Source of the DNA: Guillardia theta CCMP2712
Taxonomy: Eukaryota; Protista; Cryptophyta
Assembly (NCBI RefSeq): GCF_000315625.1
Contig: NW_005434472.1
Span: 1-64,000 of the forward strand
Direction of reading: 5' to 3'
Length of the DNA stretch: 64,000 nt
Position 1 is the stretch's first letter, and every line of letters begins with the position of its first letter. The notes below the pieces were generated by a model. That model was given only the letters and a program-made list of their open reading frames with translations. It made no database searches and was not told the origin of the DNA. Shown here one piece after another: positions 26,811 through 38,667 of this stretch. The translations under genes and the position numbers were made by a program.

Positions 26811-27917
26811 GGACCCCTACCCACTCCACTTCTGCTGCCTCGAAGGACCACCCTCGCTAGCACCAGTCGAATCCATTTCTTTTACTAATTTTTAGTAGTA
26901 CCCCTGGTATCTACTACCCCTTCCTCCCACCTTTCTCTGGAGCGTCAGCAACCAAACATTAGGGGTTTTATGGATGACCTTCTGAATAGCGTAGCGTAGT
27001 GTGCCCACTTTAGTTAACCTGGAGAAAGGGGTTAAGATCTAGGTTAAATCCATAGGTGATCCCAGTTCAAGACTCCAGTTATCAATTTGTACCACAACCC
27101 ACTCTTTTTTTGAACTGTTAGAAATTTGTTCCACCGATGCATTCAAGTTCATGAGGTAGACATGCAATGAGGACAGAATGAAGATCGGATTCGCATGCAA
27201 AGGTCATGCTACACTTGTATGAGGTTCCAGCATCACGTATATTGCATGATTCTCTCATGTGGTATGCCTGATGCAGTCATTCAGAACATCAACAACATGA
27301 AACGGTAGTCTTTTATTGCATGAACTTCGTCACTTCCAGCGAATGTTCTCGATGTCTGGGTCTTCCATTTAGGATTTGCGGTTCCAATGCACGCTTTCCA
27401 ATGAGCAATTCACTGGAATCTGCATAGCTTGACACACTGATTCTCAGAAAGCAGCGACGTTTGCCCGTTGCAATTTCCGCTTTACCTCTGCTTTTTCTTC
27501 AACCTATGTATGTTACTGTGAAAACGTTCTGTATGTGGCCATATGTTCTAGTAAACGATGTCATTCAGAATCTCAGAGCCATTGTCCTCATTGAGCACAC
27601 AACAGGGAAGCAGTCATCATCAAAATATTGCTGTTTCAGTGATGTTCAACGAGCGACGAGAACCGATTATAAAGAGTCAGGGTACGCTCATGCTTGCATA
27701 CTTGCACGAGTCTTTTCTGACAGGATGGGTGTTGACGTCATGTTGTCAGTCAGATGGGGAGGCCAAGGTACACGACAAGGAGGTCGGGCGAGCATGCTCA
27801 CGCCATGTTAACGCGGTGTGGAACGCGCTGTCTGGGGGCGGGTCGTCGGCTTTTACCGAGATGTCGAAACGTTGCGATTTAGCTATTCAAACGCTATTCA
27901 GGCCCTGAATAGTGACA

Positions 27918-28522
27918 NNNNNNNNNNNNNNNNNNNNNNNNNNNNNNNNNNNNNNNNNNNNNNNNNNNNNNNNNNNNNNNNNNNNNNNNNNNNNNNNNNN
28001 NNNNNNNNNNNNNNNNNNNNNNNNNNNNNNNNNNNNNNNNNNNNNNNNNNNNNNNNNNNNNNNNNNNNNNNNNNNNNNNNNNNNNNNNNNNNNNNNNNNN
28101 NNNNNNNNNNNNNNNNNNNNNNNNNNNNNNNNNNNNNNNNNNNNNNNNNNNNNNNNNNNNNNNNNNNNNNNNNNNNNNNNNNNNNNNNNNNNNNNNNNNN
28201 NNNNNNNNNNNNNNNNNNNNNNNNNNNNNNNNNNNNNNNNNNNNNNNNNNNNNNNNNNNNNNNNNNNNNNNNNNNNNNNNNNNNNNNNNNNNNNNNNNNN
28301 NNNNNNNNNNNNNNNNNNNNNNNNNNNNNNNNNNNNNNNNNNNNNNNNNNNNNNNNNNNNNNNNNNNNNNNNNNNNNNNNNNNNNNNNNNNNNNNNNNNN
28401 NNNNNNNNNNNNNNNNNNNNNNNNNNNNNNNNNNNNNNNNNNNNNNNNNNNNNNNNNNNNNNNNNNNNNNNNNNNNNNNNNNNNNNNNNNNNNNNNNNNN
28501 NNNNNNNNNNNNNNNNNNNNNN
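27918..28522. other. Assembly gap
   Basis: N run. Confidence 1.
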
Positions 28523-28829
28523 ACCGGGAAGGGGGTAACAGGAACATGAAGCAGGGGAAGGTGCAGGAGCCAGAGCAGCTGTCAGACCCGGCATCGGGTA
28601 TGGAGTCTATTGGCAGCAGGTGCCGGTCTTGGGGTTTTGAGGGGGGAAGAGAGAGCAGGTGTTGTGCTTTTTGCAAGTGATCTCTTTTTCAGCCCCATGG
28701 AAAAGGGATACAAACAAACAAGAGCCACCAATTGGCAAAGGTAGGAGAACCTTGCAGAGATCGAATTTTGCTGATAATTGTTGGTGAGAAGTTGATTTAC
28801 TTGTCCATGCAGATGTCACTCAAAGGGAA

Positions 28830-31800
28830 ATGGAATTCAAACTTCATGGGTGGAACTTCTCTGCCATCAAAGCGCCCATCATTTCATCGCATGATTCCGA
28901 CAAGTGTGATCCTTGTTTTGTTTCTTGATGGCATTTGTGCTGAAACTCGATGAATCACATCAGTTGGACAAGAGAGTTGGATATGACACTGCCTGAAATG
29001 TGCTTCAGCAACTCAGTATTACGTATAGGGTGAGCAAGCATTCCTAATACGCCGTTGATTGAATTTTTTTTCACAGGAACGAGGGCATTGGCATGCAAAT
29101 AGAATTCAATGCTTATGATGCTTTGAAAACGGTGCTGCATGATTTTCTTGACACTCCTCGATTGATTTTTCCTAGTGCCCTAGCTCATCAGACTTGCAAG
29201 TGAGCGTGTCTGAAAGATGGAAAGCTAAGGCACGGGCGAAAGTTCCTGAAGCACACCAGTACGACTGGACGTATAGCACAAACTATAAGTAACCATCTTC
29301 ATGATACAGCTGTGTTTAAATTCTTGATTCTCAGGGGGACATTCAAGGATACTCGATCAGGGGAGCTAATCCAAGGAGCTGTTACAGAAAAGCGCATCGA
29401 TTTCGAAAGCCTCAAGGTGACCATCTTTCACATGCACTAGAAGTACATTATTTCAGTGATCTCTATTTACTTTCATGACAATTTAACGCACGTGCCTTTG
29501 CTTGCCATATTTGTTTGGGGGCTGTCTTGCTGTTTTTCACTTGTTGGTCTAGCCTCGTGCAGGAGAGAGTATCTTATGGTCGTCCGATGTTATTTTGTTT
29601 GAAGATGAACTTCATGATAATGGTAAAAACATTGTTTTCCACTGCTAAGATCTTCAGAGCTTATCTTCATGCAGGAACCAGTCAGCTGACTGTAAGAATT
29701 CGAGTTACCAATTCTTATTTTTATGTGTTGCAACGTCTCTGGGTGAGGGTTGATGGAGTGATATTTCGTCTAAAAGAGACCCGCCTGCATTTTCGTTTTG
29801 GAGACGAGTTTGCGCTACGACAATTCACGGAGAAATCGTCAGATTATCAAACGATTCTGTCTGGTTGCACCCAGAAGGAATTACGTGAGGGCATAATCAA
29901 TGAGCCGGATCAACTATCAGGACGGCTAGAGATGAAAACCGACGAGACAAAGATATTCTCCTTCATGCCTCACAGTTTGCAAACTCCCGGAAATACTATT
30001 GTAAGTGATGCCCTTTTTTCTCTTTCTCCCAAAACTGAACGAAAATTCAAAGTGACAGCCTTTTCAAAATTCAGGATCGCCTATTTGAGGGCCAAAGAGA
30101 ATCAAGAGCTGATACAATTGTATCAGGAGGGGAGCCTGATATACAACAACTTCAAAGAAACAAAGAAACTCAACATAACGATATAGAAAAAAGCAATAGA
30201 ATAGCAGAACAACAATTCAAACAAAAATATGGGAACGCCAAGCCGAACGCGGGGGCGCTGCTTCAGCGGCAGCGGCAGCACGAGACGAGGTATTTCGACT
30301 CCGGGGACGCCTTCTCGAAGAAGGGGTCAGGGCCAGGGAAGGCGGAGGAGAAGCTTGAGCCACTTGCGGTAGTCCAGGGACAGCTAGAGGAGGGGGGAAC
30401 GGAGGAGGACCAGGAGATCGCTCGGAAGAACGCGGAGGCTGAGGCTGCGTTCAAGCTGAAGTTTGGGAACGCCAAGCCGAACGCGGGGGCGCTGCTTCAG
30501 CGGCAGCGGCAGCACGAGACGAGGTATTTCGACTCCGGGGACGCCTTCTCGAAGAAGGGGTCAGGGCCAGGGAAGGCGGAGGAGAAGCTTGAGCCACTTG
30601 CGGTAGTCCAGGGACAGCTAGAGGAGGGGGGAACGGAGGAGGACCAGGAGATCGCTCGGAAGAACGCGGAGGCTGAGGCTGCGTTCAAGCGGAAGTTTGG
30701 GAACGCCAAGCCGAACGCGGGGGCGCTGCTTCAGCGGCAGCGGCAGCACGAGACGAGGTATTTCGACTCCGGGGACGCCTTCTCGAAGAAGGGGTCGGGG
30801 CCAGGGAAGGCGGAGGAGAAGCTTGAGCCACTTGCGGTAGTCCAGGGACAGCTAGAGGAGGGGGGAACGGAGGAGGACAAGGAGATAGATCGGAAGAAAG
30901 CGGAGGCTGAGGCTGCGTTCAAGCGGAAGTTTGGGAACGCCAAGCCGAACGCGGGGGCGCTGCTTCAGCGGCAGCGGCAGCACGAGACGAGGTATTTCGA
31001 CTCCGGGGACGCCTTCTCGAAGAAGGGGTCAGGGCCAGGGAAAGGCGGAGGAGAAGCTTGAGCCACTTGCGGTAGTCCAGGGACAGCTAGAGGAGGGGGG
31101 AACGGAGGAGGACCAGGAGATCGCTCGGAAGAACGCGGAGGCTGAGGCTGCGTTCAAGCGGAAGTTTGGGAACGCCAAGCCGAACGCGGGGGCGCTGCTT
31201 CAGCGGCAGCGGCAGCACGAGACGAGGTATTTCGACTCCGGGGACGCCTTCTCGAAGAAGGGGTCAGGGCCAGGGAAGGCGGAGGAGAAGCTTGAGCCAC
31301 TTGCGGTAGTCCAGGGACAGCTAGAGGAGGGGGGACGAGGAGACCCGGACGAAGTCGCGAACGGTCCGGAAACGAGACCGACTCGGAAGAACGCGGACGC
31401 TGAGGCTGCGTTCAAGCGGAAGTTTGGGAACGCCAAGCCGAACGCGGGGGCGCTGCTTCAGCGGCAGCGGCAGCACGAGACGAGGTATTTCGACTCCGGG
31501 GACGCCTTCTCGAAGAAGGGGTCAGGGCCAGGGAAGGCGGAGGAGAAGCTTGAGCCACTTGCGGTAGTCCAGGGACAGCTAGAGGAGGGGGGAACGGAGG
31601 AGGACCAGGAGATCGCTCGGAAGAACGCGGAGGCTGAGGCTGCGTTCAAGCGGAAGTTTGGGAACGCCAAGCCGAACGCGGGGGCGCTGCTTCAGCGGCA
31701 GCGGCAGCACGAGACGAGGTATTTCGACTCCGGGGACGCCTTCTCGAAGAAGGGGTCGGGGCCAGGGAAGGCGGAGGAGAAGCTTGAGCCACTTGCGGTA

Positions 31801-32520
31801 GTCCAGGGACAGCTAGAGGAGGGGGGAACGGAGGAGGACCAGGAGATCGCTCGGAAGAACGCGGAGGCTGAGGCTGCGTTCAAGCGGAAGTTTGGGAACG
31901 CCAAGCCGAACGCGGGGGCGCTGCTTCAGCGGCAGCGGCAGCACGAGACGAGGTATTTCGACTCCGGGGACGCCTTCTCGAAGAAGGGGTCGGGGCCAGG
32001 GAAGGCGGAGGAGAAGCTTGAGCCACTTGCGGTAGTCCAGGGACAGCTAGAGGAGGGGGGAACGGAGGAGGACCAGGAGATCGCTCGGAAGAACGCGGAG
32101 GCTGAGGCTGCGTTCAAGCGGAAGTTTGGGAACGCCAAGCCGAACGCGGGGGCGCTGCTTCAGCGGCAGCGGCAGCACGAGACGAGGTATTTCGACTCCG
32201 GGGACGCCTTCTCGAAGAAGGGGTCAGGGCCAGGGAAGGCGGAGGAGAAGCTTGAGCCACTTGCGGTAGTCCAGGGACAGCTAGAGGAGGGGGGAACGGA
32301 GGAGGACCAGGAGATCGCTCGGAAGAACGCGGAGGCTGAGGCTGCGTTCAAGCGGAAGTTTGGGAACGCCAAGCCGAACGCGGGGGCGCTGCTTCAGCGG
32401 CAGCGGCAGCACGAGACGAGGTATTTCGACTCCGGGGACGCCTTCTCGAAGAAGGGGTCAGGGCCAGGGAAGGCGGAGGAGAAGCTTGAACCCGTTTCAG
32501 TTTTTCGTGATTTCTCGTAA
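28830..32520 (+). CDS. TIPRL: TIP41/TIPRL (PP2A regulator) fused to 10 tandem endosulfine/ARPP19-like repeats
   Basis: Spliced exons MEFKLHGWNFSAIKAPIISS|..LPEMCFSNSVLRI|..IEFNAYDALK|..YDWTYSTNY|..ILFEDELHDNG|TSQLTVRIRV..QRLWVRVDGVIFRLKETR match TIP41. Intron 30001-30074 leads in frame to ..AEQQFKQKYGNAKPNAGALLQRQRQHETRYFDSGDAF repeats. 5' end is next to a gap and uncertain; 1-nt insertion at ~31041-31043. Confidence 0.85.
30231..32489 (+). repeat. Coding tandem array, 234-bp (78-aa) unit, 10 FDSGD motifs
   Basis: TATTTCGACTCCGGGGAC at about 30291, 30525, 30759, 30993, 31228, 31486, 31720, 31954, 32188, 32422; one 258-bp variant unit and one 235-bp unit. Confidence 0.95.
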
Positions 32521-32697
32521 TTTGATGACTGTTTCTGCTTATGTTTACGATAGTTTCGTTGGTTTTTTGTTTCGTTGTAGTTGTTTATTTGTTTTAGCAA
32601 ATTCTTTTTGGTACTTTTTGTTTCATATGGCATTGTTTCTGTCTTCTTTGATTTTTCAAGCGCGGATCAGGGAGGCATTGGGAAGCCAACGAGGTTC

Positions 32698-35328
32698 TCA
32701 ATAGTAGGTGAAGGATCGTGATGAGACGGGATAGTAATGCATGGCCTGGGGACTCTTGGCTTCGGAGTAGGACGAAGTCCTGTAGCCTGACGGCATCATG
32801 GGATATCTAACGGAACTAGTCAGCTAACTGGGATCACGCAGAAGCTGTCGTACTGATAGACTGGCGTCATCGCTCCTGAGCCCGGGTACCCGTAGGAAGC
32901 TTGCGAGTAGTTTGGCATGTATGCGTTCACGACCTGGAAGAGCACCTCATCATGAACTCAACCACCACCGTGACATGGCAGCGACCTGGATCGTGGGGAC
33001 AGACGGCTGGTTCCTCGAGTTGGACCAAGCAGCATGTGACACAGGCATGTTTCTTGAAGGGTCGCCCGAGAGCAAGTGCGGGCCCTGTAACAAGAGCGCA
33101 AGTCATCGCCTGTCTGAGGCTGAAGCACGGTCCTTCTTACAGCTGAAGGGACGGGCGGTTGTTGCATTGGCGGTGGAGAACCTCGGCGAGAAGGAGCGAG
33201 TGAAGGGACGACACTTCCGTGGTTTGAGGGGATCAAAGCTGGGTACCTGCGACGTCGATCACTTTCCTCATGACAAGAACAGTGATGGAAGTACATCTGC
33301 TGCATCGGGGTCAGCATGACCAGCGATTCTTTGCGATTCTGAACAAGTTGAGGCTGCTGAGATGAGATCGGATGTTGTAACTGTATGTGCTGCTGATGCT
33401 GCTGCTGCTGCTGCTGCTGCTGCCGCGAAATCATCTCGTTTCTTTGTGCCATGTATCTCTGGTGAGCTTCGACTGCCTTGTGCTGTTGAATCACCTCAAG
33501 ATGTTGCAAGTATGCCTGCGAATGCTGCACAACACGATCATGCACATAGTGTGCAAGCATGCAACATCAACCTGCTGCTGTTGTTGATTGCGAGGATGAG
33601 CAACGTTCTGTGCCACCTGAAGATTTCCTGGAGACTTTGGATTCATCGGTGGGGACCCAACTGGAGCAGGTTGTTGCGTCGGCTGCTGAGCATGCAGCAT
33701 ATGCTGCTGCTGAGGGACTGGACCATTCGAGAACCGCGGAACTTGTTTCGCAGCCGATGGCCATTGCGGGACGTAGACGTTGCCTCGAGTGGTGGGGGTG
33801 TTGGAACCTGATTGAGACACTGACCGTATGCCGCTGCGGAATTGACCTGGGGACAAGAGTCAGGGAGTTGAAGGTGGGGGAGGAGGAGAAATAATACTTA
33901 GGCTGATGTTTGATCTTGTGGGGGTTGCATATCCTGATCTCGCATAGACGGATGGAGCGTTGCCGTACTCCCTCGCGTTCCGTGGTTGCTGAGAGCACAG
34001 TGAGGATTCAGCAGAGCAGCGCAGAGAACAAGTTCACGTTGGCGTTGAAATTCTGCGGGGTCGAGTTGAAATTCTGCGGCGTGGCGTTGAAGTTCTGCGA
34101 TGCAGAGTTGAAGTTCTGCGATGCAGAGTTGAAGTTCTGCGGTGTGGAATTGAAGTTTTGTTGTGCAGCGAATTCAGATGTCCTCCCATAGACCTGGTTG
34201 ACCGTGGGCTCGTGGATCTGCGCAAGCAACCTCTCAGTCGCAAGTCAGAGCCTCGCATGCCCTCACGTAGTTGCGGTAGGGCAGGTGCTCCTGCTCGGGG
34301 TAGTCGTGCCTCCCGTGGTGATCGAAGTAGGGGAGCGGCTTCAGCGAGTCCATGTTGAGCTCTTGCGCTCGCTCAAGGTTTGACACGTTGTCTCTCATCG
34401 GCGGCTCCGGGGCGTTGGAGGCGAACCCGAGGGGCTTCCGCAGGTTGTCAGGAGGAGGGTGGAAGTCCGAGAGCTCAGGGTATGGTCTCATCTGCTGCAG
34501 CTTGCATCAGCTACGGCAGCGTCATCGCAGACGCCTCACGTCCTTCTCCCTCCTCAGGTCCTCCGACTTGACGATCGGTGAGAACGAGTTCATGTCCCCA
34601 AGCTTCAGCTCGTCCTGCGGTCCAGAGGGTCAGACGGGGGCGCCGGCATCGAGGCGTCTGCTCCCACCAGCGCCTTCACTTCTCTCGGGGAGGTGGTGCG
34701 AGTGGAGCTGTGGGAGATCGGACGGGAGTTGAGGCCGAGCCCGCGGTTGCGGAAGAGAGGAGTTCTCGTGTGGGATTTGTTCGCGTCCACCTGATGGGTC
34801 AGGGTGAGTTTTCAGCTTGCAGGGCACGAGAGTTCAGCGGCGTACGAGATGAAGGATCTCATCGCACTCTTCGCAGGTGTTGCGCCTACACTCCTGGAAA
34901 GCAACCGATGGTTCAGAGAAAAGATCTCTCTCCTCCTCCACGTTGAATCGCGATCCAGCTTCCGTTATGCCTCTTCCTCACAGACGAGAGCAAATCACAA
35001 GGCCACGTCACTTTGGGCCATGAAGATCTCGCCATGTAGATCTTACGCTGCACCATCTCGCTTCCCTCCCTCCATGACTCGACACCTTCCCATTCACTCT
35101 CCCCGCTCTTGTCGCTTTGCTCCTCTCTCTCAAAATCCCTGTGCCTCTTCCATGTTCTCCTCCTTCTTCCTCCATTCCCCTCCTCTTCCTCTCCCGCTCC
35201 TCTGCGCTCTTCCCTCCTCCCCTCCCCCTTCCTTCAGGCTTCGTCATCCTCTTCCTCACCTGGCATTGGATGGTCGCGTTTGTGTCATCGCAGACTTCGC
35301 ACTTCAGCTGCTCGCCCATGCCGCTCAT
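32698..35328 (-). CDS. B-box zinc-finger protein with long Q/N/P-rich low-complexity C-terminus
   Basis: MSGMGEQLKCEVCDDTNATIQCQ (35328-35260) spliced to ECRRNTCEECDEILHL (~34895-34848) gives a B-box C-x2-C-x8-C-x2-C-x4-C-x2-CD-x3-H; downstream exons contain QNFN heptads and polyQ. 3' end approximate. Confidence 0.65.
34036..34160 (-). repeat. 21-nt coding repeat x6: QNFNSTP/QNFNSAS/QNFNSAS/QNFNATP/QNFNSTP/QNFNANV
   Basis: Seen in ORF 34008-34229. Confidence 0.85.
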
Positions 35329-35894
35329 GGTGCTTCGGCCTGGCCTCAATGTCACCTACCCCTACCCCTACCAACTATACCACCTACCTGCAATATTGTA
35401 ACCCCACCCCTGGGTGTGGCACCCATAGCGCCTCAATCGCCACCCCCATCTTGCACCGCTCCAGCACCCCTGCCAAATGCATCCACCCCCGTATAACAGA
35501 GGACCCCACCCTTGCATCTCCTCACCCTACCCCGTGATAGTGCCCTACAACGGTAGGCTCGCACTCAGAGTAACGGACTCTGACGGAGCCTCTAGCATAT
35601 GAGAAGGGAGGGAGTCAAGGGTGGGTGGGTCCTGAGAGACCGGGGGGTGGGATGCGGCACAAGGCCCTAAAGGTGACCGGTCAGACAAGTGGCACCACCC
35701 TCGGGTTGCAGGGTACAAGTACGGTACTACCGTACGGTAGTCATTCCGAGTCATATCGATGATGGTATGGGGGTGGGGTGGGGGGTACTATTACAGGGAT
35801 CGCGGGTGGGGCCGGGGGTGTAGGGAATGGAGGGGTGGGGGTTTGCAACGGCAATCTTCTGTCCAGTTTATCCTCAGAGCCGCTCAGTAACCGG

Positions 35895-36073
35895 GTGATG
35901 ACAGGAAGATGGTCCTGAGTCACTGAGTCAACTTGCGCACTGCCGGCCCGGCACCGTGACTGCACCCGACGGTTGCCACATGAAACTGTTGAACTTGTGT
36001 CGGAAGGTGCACGGTGCCGGGCCGGCAGTGCGCAAGTTGACTCAGTGACTCAGGACCATCTTCCTGTCATCAC
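35895..36073. repeat. Perfect 64-bp inverted repeat (35895-35958 / 36010-36073), 51-nt spacer
   Basis: GTGATGACAGGAAGATGGTCCTGAGTCACTGAGTCAACTTGCGCACTGCCGGCCCGGCACCGTG and its exact reverse complement. Confidence 0.92.
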
Positions 36074-36697
36074 TGAACTGAAACTTTCAAGCTCACTCAG
36101 TGAGCCGGCGCCCATGTCACTGAGTCGCCCCGCAGGCTCGGAGCCGTACAACTGAGCGGCTACGCGGCCCGGCCTCAGACTGGCGGGAGTCAGTCGTGGC
36201 GGGAGTCAGTCGCGGCTGATCGGATCAACTGAGTCGGAACTTTCAAAGGCACTGAAGGGAGGGGGATCAAGATTGGACGGTCTGGCATTGACCGTACGGC
36301 CCGGACAGTATGGGAGGAGTTGGAGCAGGGGGACAGGCTCTGGCACTCAGGGGAGACGAGAGACTTGTCACGTGAAGGGTCCGAGTCCGCCGCTCAGCCG
36401 CTCCATAGCCGCTGGCCTTCCCGAGTGTTTCCATGTAGCATGCAGCATCAGACTTCTTTTACACAGGGCTCTTCGATCTCCCTTGCACCCGGCCTAGTCA
36501 CTCGTGACGCATGACGAGCTCAGCAACGTCCCAGCTTGCCCTTCACGCATCCCACAAGATCAGGTTGGATGCGCACGAGGAAAAGGGGGAGGGAGGGAGG
36601 GAGGAAGAGAGAGCGAAAGAGGGAGAGAAAGGGAGAGAGAGCGGGAGGGAGGGAGAGTGAAAGAAGGAGACTCAGAGAGGGAGAGGGAGAGGGAGAG

Positions 36698-36797
36698 NNN
36701 NNNNNNNNNNNNNNNNNNNNNNNNNNNNNNNNNNNNNNNNNNNNNNNNNNNNNNNNNNNNNNNNNNNNNNNNNNNNNNNNNNNNNNNNNNNNNNNNN
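36698..36797. other. Assembly gap (100 N)
   Basis: N run. Confidence 1.
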
Positions 36798-36799
36798 AA

Positions 36800-37802
36800 T
36801 CGCCCGCATCGGGGAGAGCATTGACAACTCCTCCATGCCGTCACTCCATTCACAGTACTCGGATATCCTCTGCCTCTCTCCCATCATGTCCCTGGCTCAC
36901 GAGGAGCAGAACACGGAATCTCAGATAGGATTTCATCCCTCTTGTGTCGTAGTCAGCGTCAGCTCACTCAGGTAAGTACAGAAGACTTCAATCCCCTTCC
37001 TCCAGCAGCAACTCCCGACCGTCCTGCTCCTCATGCTCCTCACGGTCCTCATGCTCCTTGTCTTTCACTCAAAGTACCATTCAGAGGGAGGGAGTTGGTT
37101 GGGAAGGTGGGGGGGGGGGGGGGGATAGAAAGAGAGAGAGAGGCGGAACAGCTCTACCTGCTGGGAATGCTTGCTCCAACGTCACCGACAAGTGCTCCTT
37201 CAGCACAAGCAGCTTTGCCTGGTGCCGATACTCTCAGTGACGAGCAGGTGCCCGATCGCCTCGCAGCCTTACCTGCAGCTCATGCAGCGGGAGGGTCTTG
37301 TCGCTCATCAGCGACAGAAGGAGTCCCGGCAGAACCTGGAAGCAGGACGTCATGGCGGCGGGGGGGGGCTGGCAGGACGACGCACCTGCGTGACGATGGT
37401 CCTCCCCTCTTGACAGTCGACGTAGAGAAAGTTCAGTCTCGGGCCACGCTGTCCGGGGACAGTCAAGTCATGGCGTCAAGCGCAGGTCCAGACCTTGGTA
37501 TCGCTCTGACTGTATGTTGCCCATGCGTTCGCTATCACCTGGAGACAGAAACTCAGTGGTTCACTGCTGGGGCAAAGATTCATCGGGAAGCAGCGATACC
37601 GACGCAGTAAGCTCCTCTCCGCTGAACGACCCTGTGTAGGACAAGAGAGACCCGCCGGTTGTGAGTAACCTGCTCGACAGACAGCACCTTCAGCCCTTGT
37701 CATGAGCGGAACACACAAACAACTGACATGGCGGACCCAGGCAACGCCACTGACGTGAGAGTCTGAGAAAGGACTTCTGGTTTAATGACGGCTGCTGGCA
37801 TG
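36800..37802 (-). CDS. Possible hypothetical multi-exon gene
   Basis: Exon-like segments and splice-like signals on the minus strand; no motif. Confidence 0.25.
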
Positions 37803-38067
37803 TCCGCTGGGATACAGCAGAGAGAGAGCTCCCCAGGAAGAATCCGAGTCGACGCTTCCTCCCTATCGTATCCAGCGACAAACCTCTCCTAGCTCCTTGT
37901 CTTGGTCTGCTCCTCCCTTCCCTCCCCTCACTTTCCCAGTTTCCTCCTTCTTGCCCACCCCTCAATTAAAACATCTTGAGGTATGAAAGAGGGGGTGGGG
38001 TCGTGAACCTCCCAGGATTCATGCGTGGAGATAGACGTATGTGGAGCCGGATGCGACGACGGAAGAC

Positions 38068-38182
<115 letters not shown>

Positions 38183-38667
38183 GGAGCAGGGAGGAGGATC
38201 AGAGGGAATAATGAGAATGGGAGCACTTGATGAACGACGTGGAAGTAGATAGTGTATCACAAGGATTGGACAGTGATTAGAAACTACGGTGCGACCGACT
38301 TCGGAAAAGAAATGGCGGGAAGAAGAGAAGCGAATCGGGTAGCAGGGTAGCATTAGAGGGAAGAAGGGGCTAGGCAGAGCAAGGGTCTCACTTGCACATG
38401 GAATGAGAGTGTTGTCGATACAAACCCAATCTGATTCGTGATCCTCCCCTCCCTCCCAGTTTCGACCTGCTTCTCGATCCAAGGCAAGATTCCCGGCAAG
38501 CAGTGGCTGCTCTTGGTTCTCTGCTTCCTTGTCTGTTCAGTGAACGGTTTCACCGCCGTTTGTATGAGTGACCTCTCCCAACCGCAAGCGAAGAAGCCCA
38601 GTAAGAGCTCTGACATCCCTTTCGTGCATCTGAGTGACTTGCGTTGAAAGGATCAGAAACGACAGAC

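Noticed and set aside
27000-27917. Possible small minus-strand gene before the gap
   Set aside because: Only a ~50-codon exon-like stretch with no recognisable motif; cannot be supported
27818-28676. Long ORFs with X runs
   Set aside because: Artefacts of translating across the N gap (same at 2837-3420, 36504-36928, 40161-41093)
30231-32489. Regular repeat array as CRISPR or satellite
   Set aside because: Units are contiguous 234-bp in-frame coding repeats with no unique spacers, no cas genes, and a eukaryotic context
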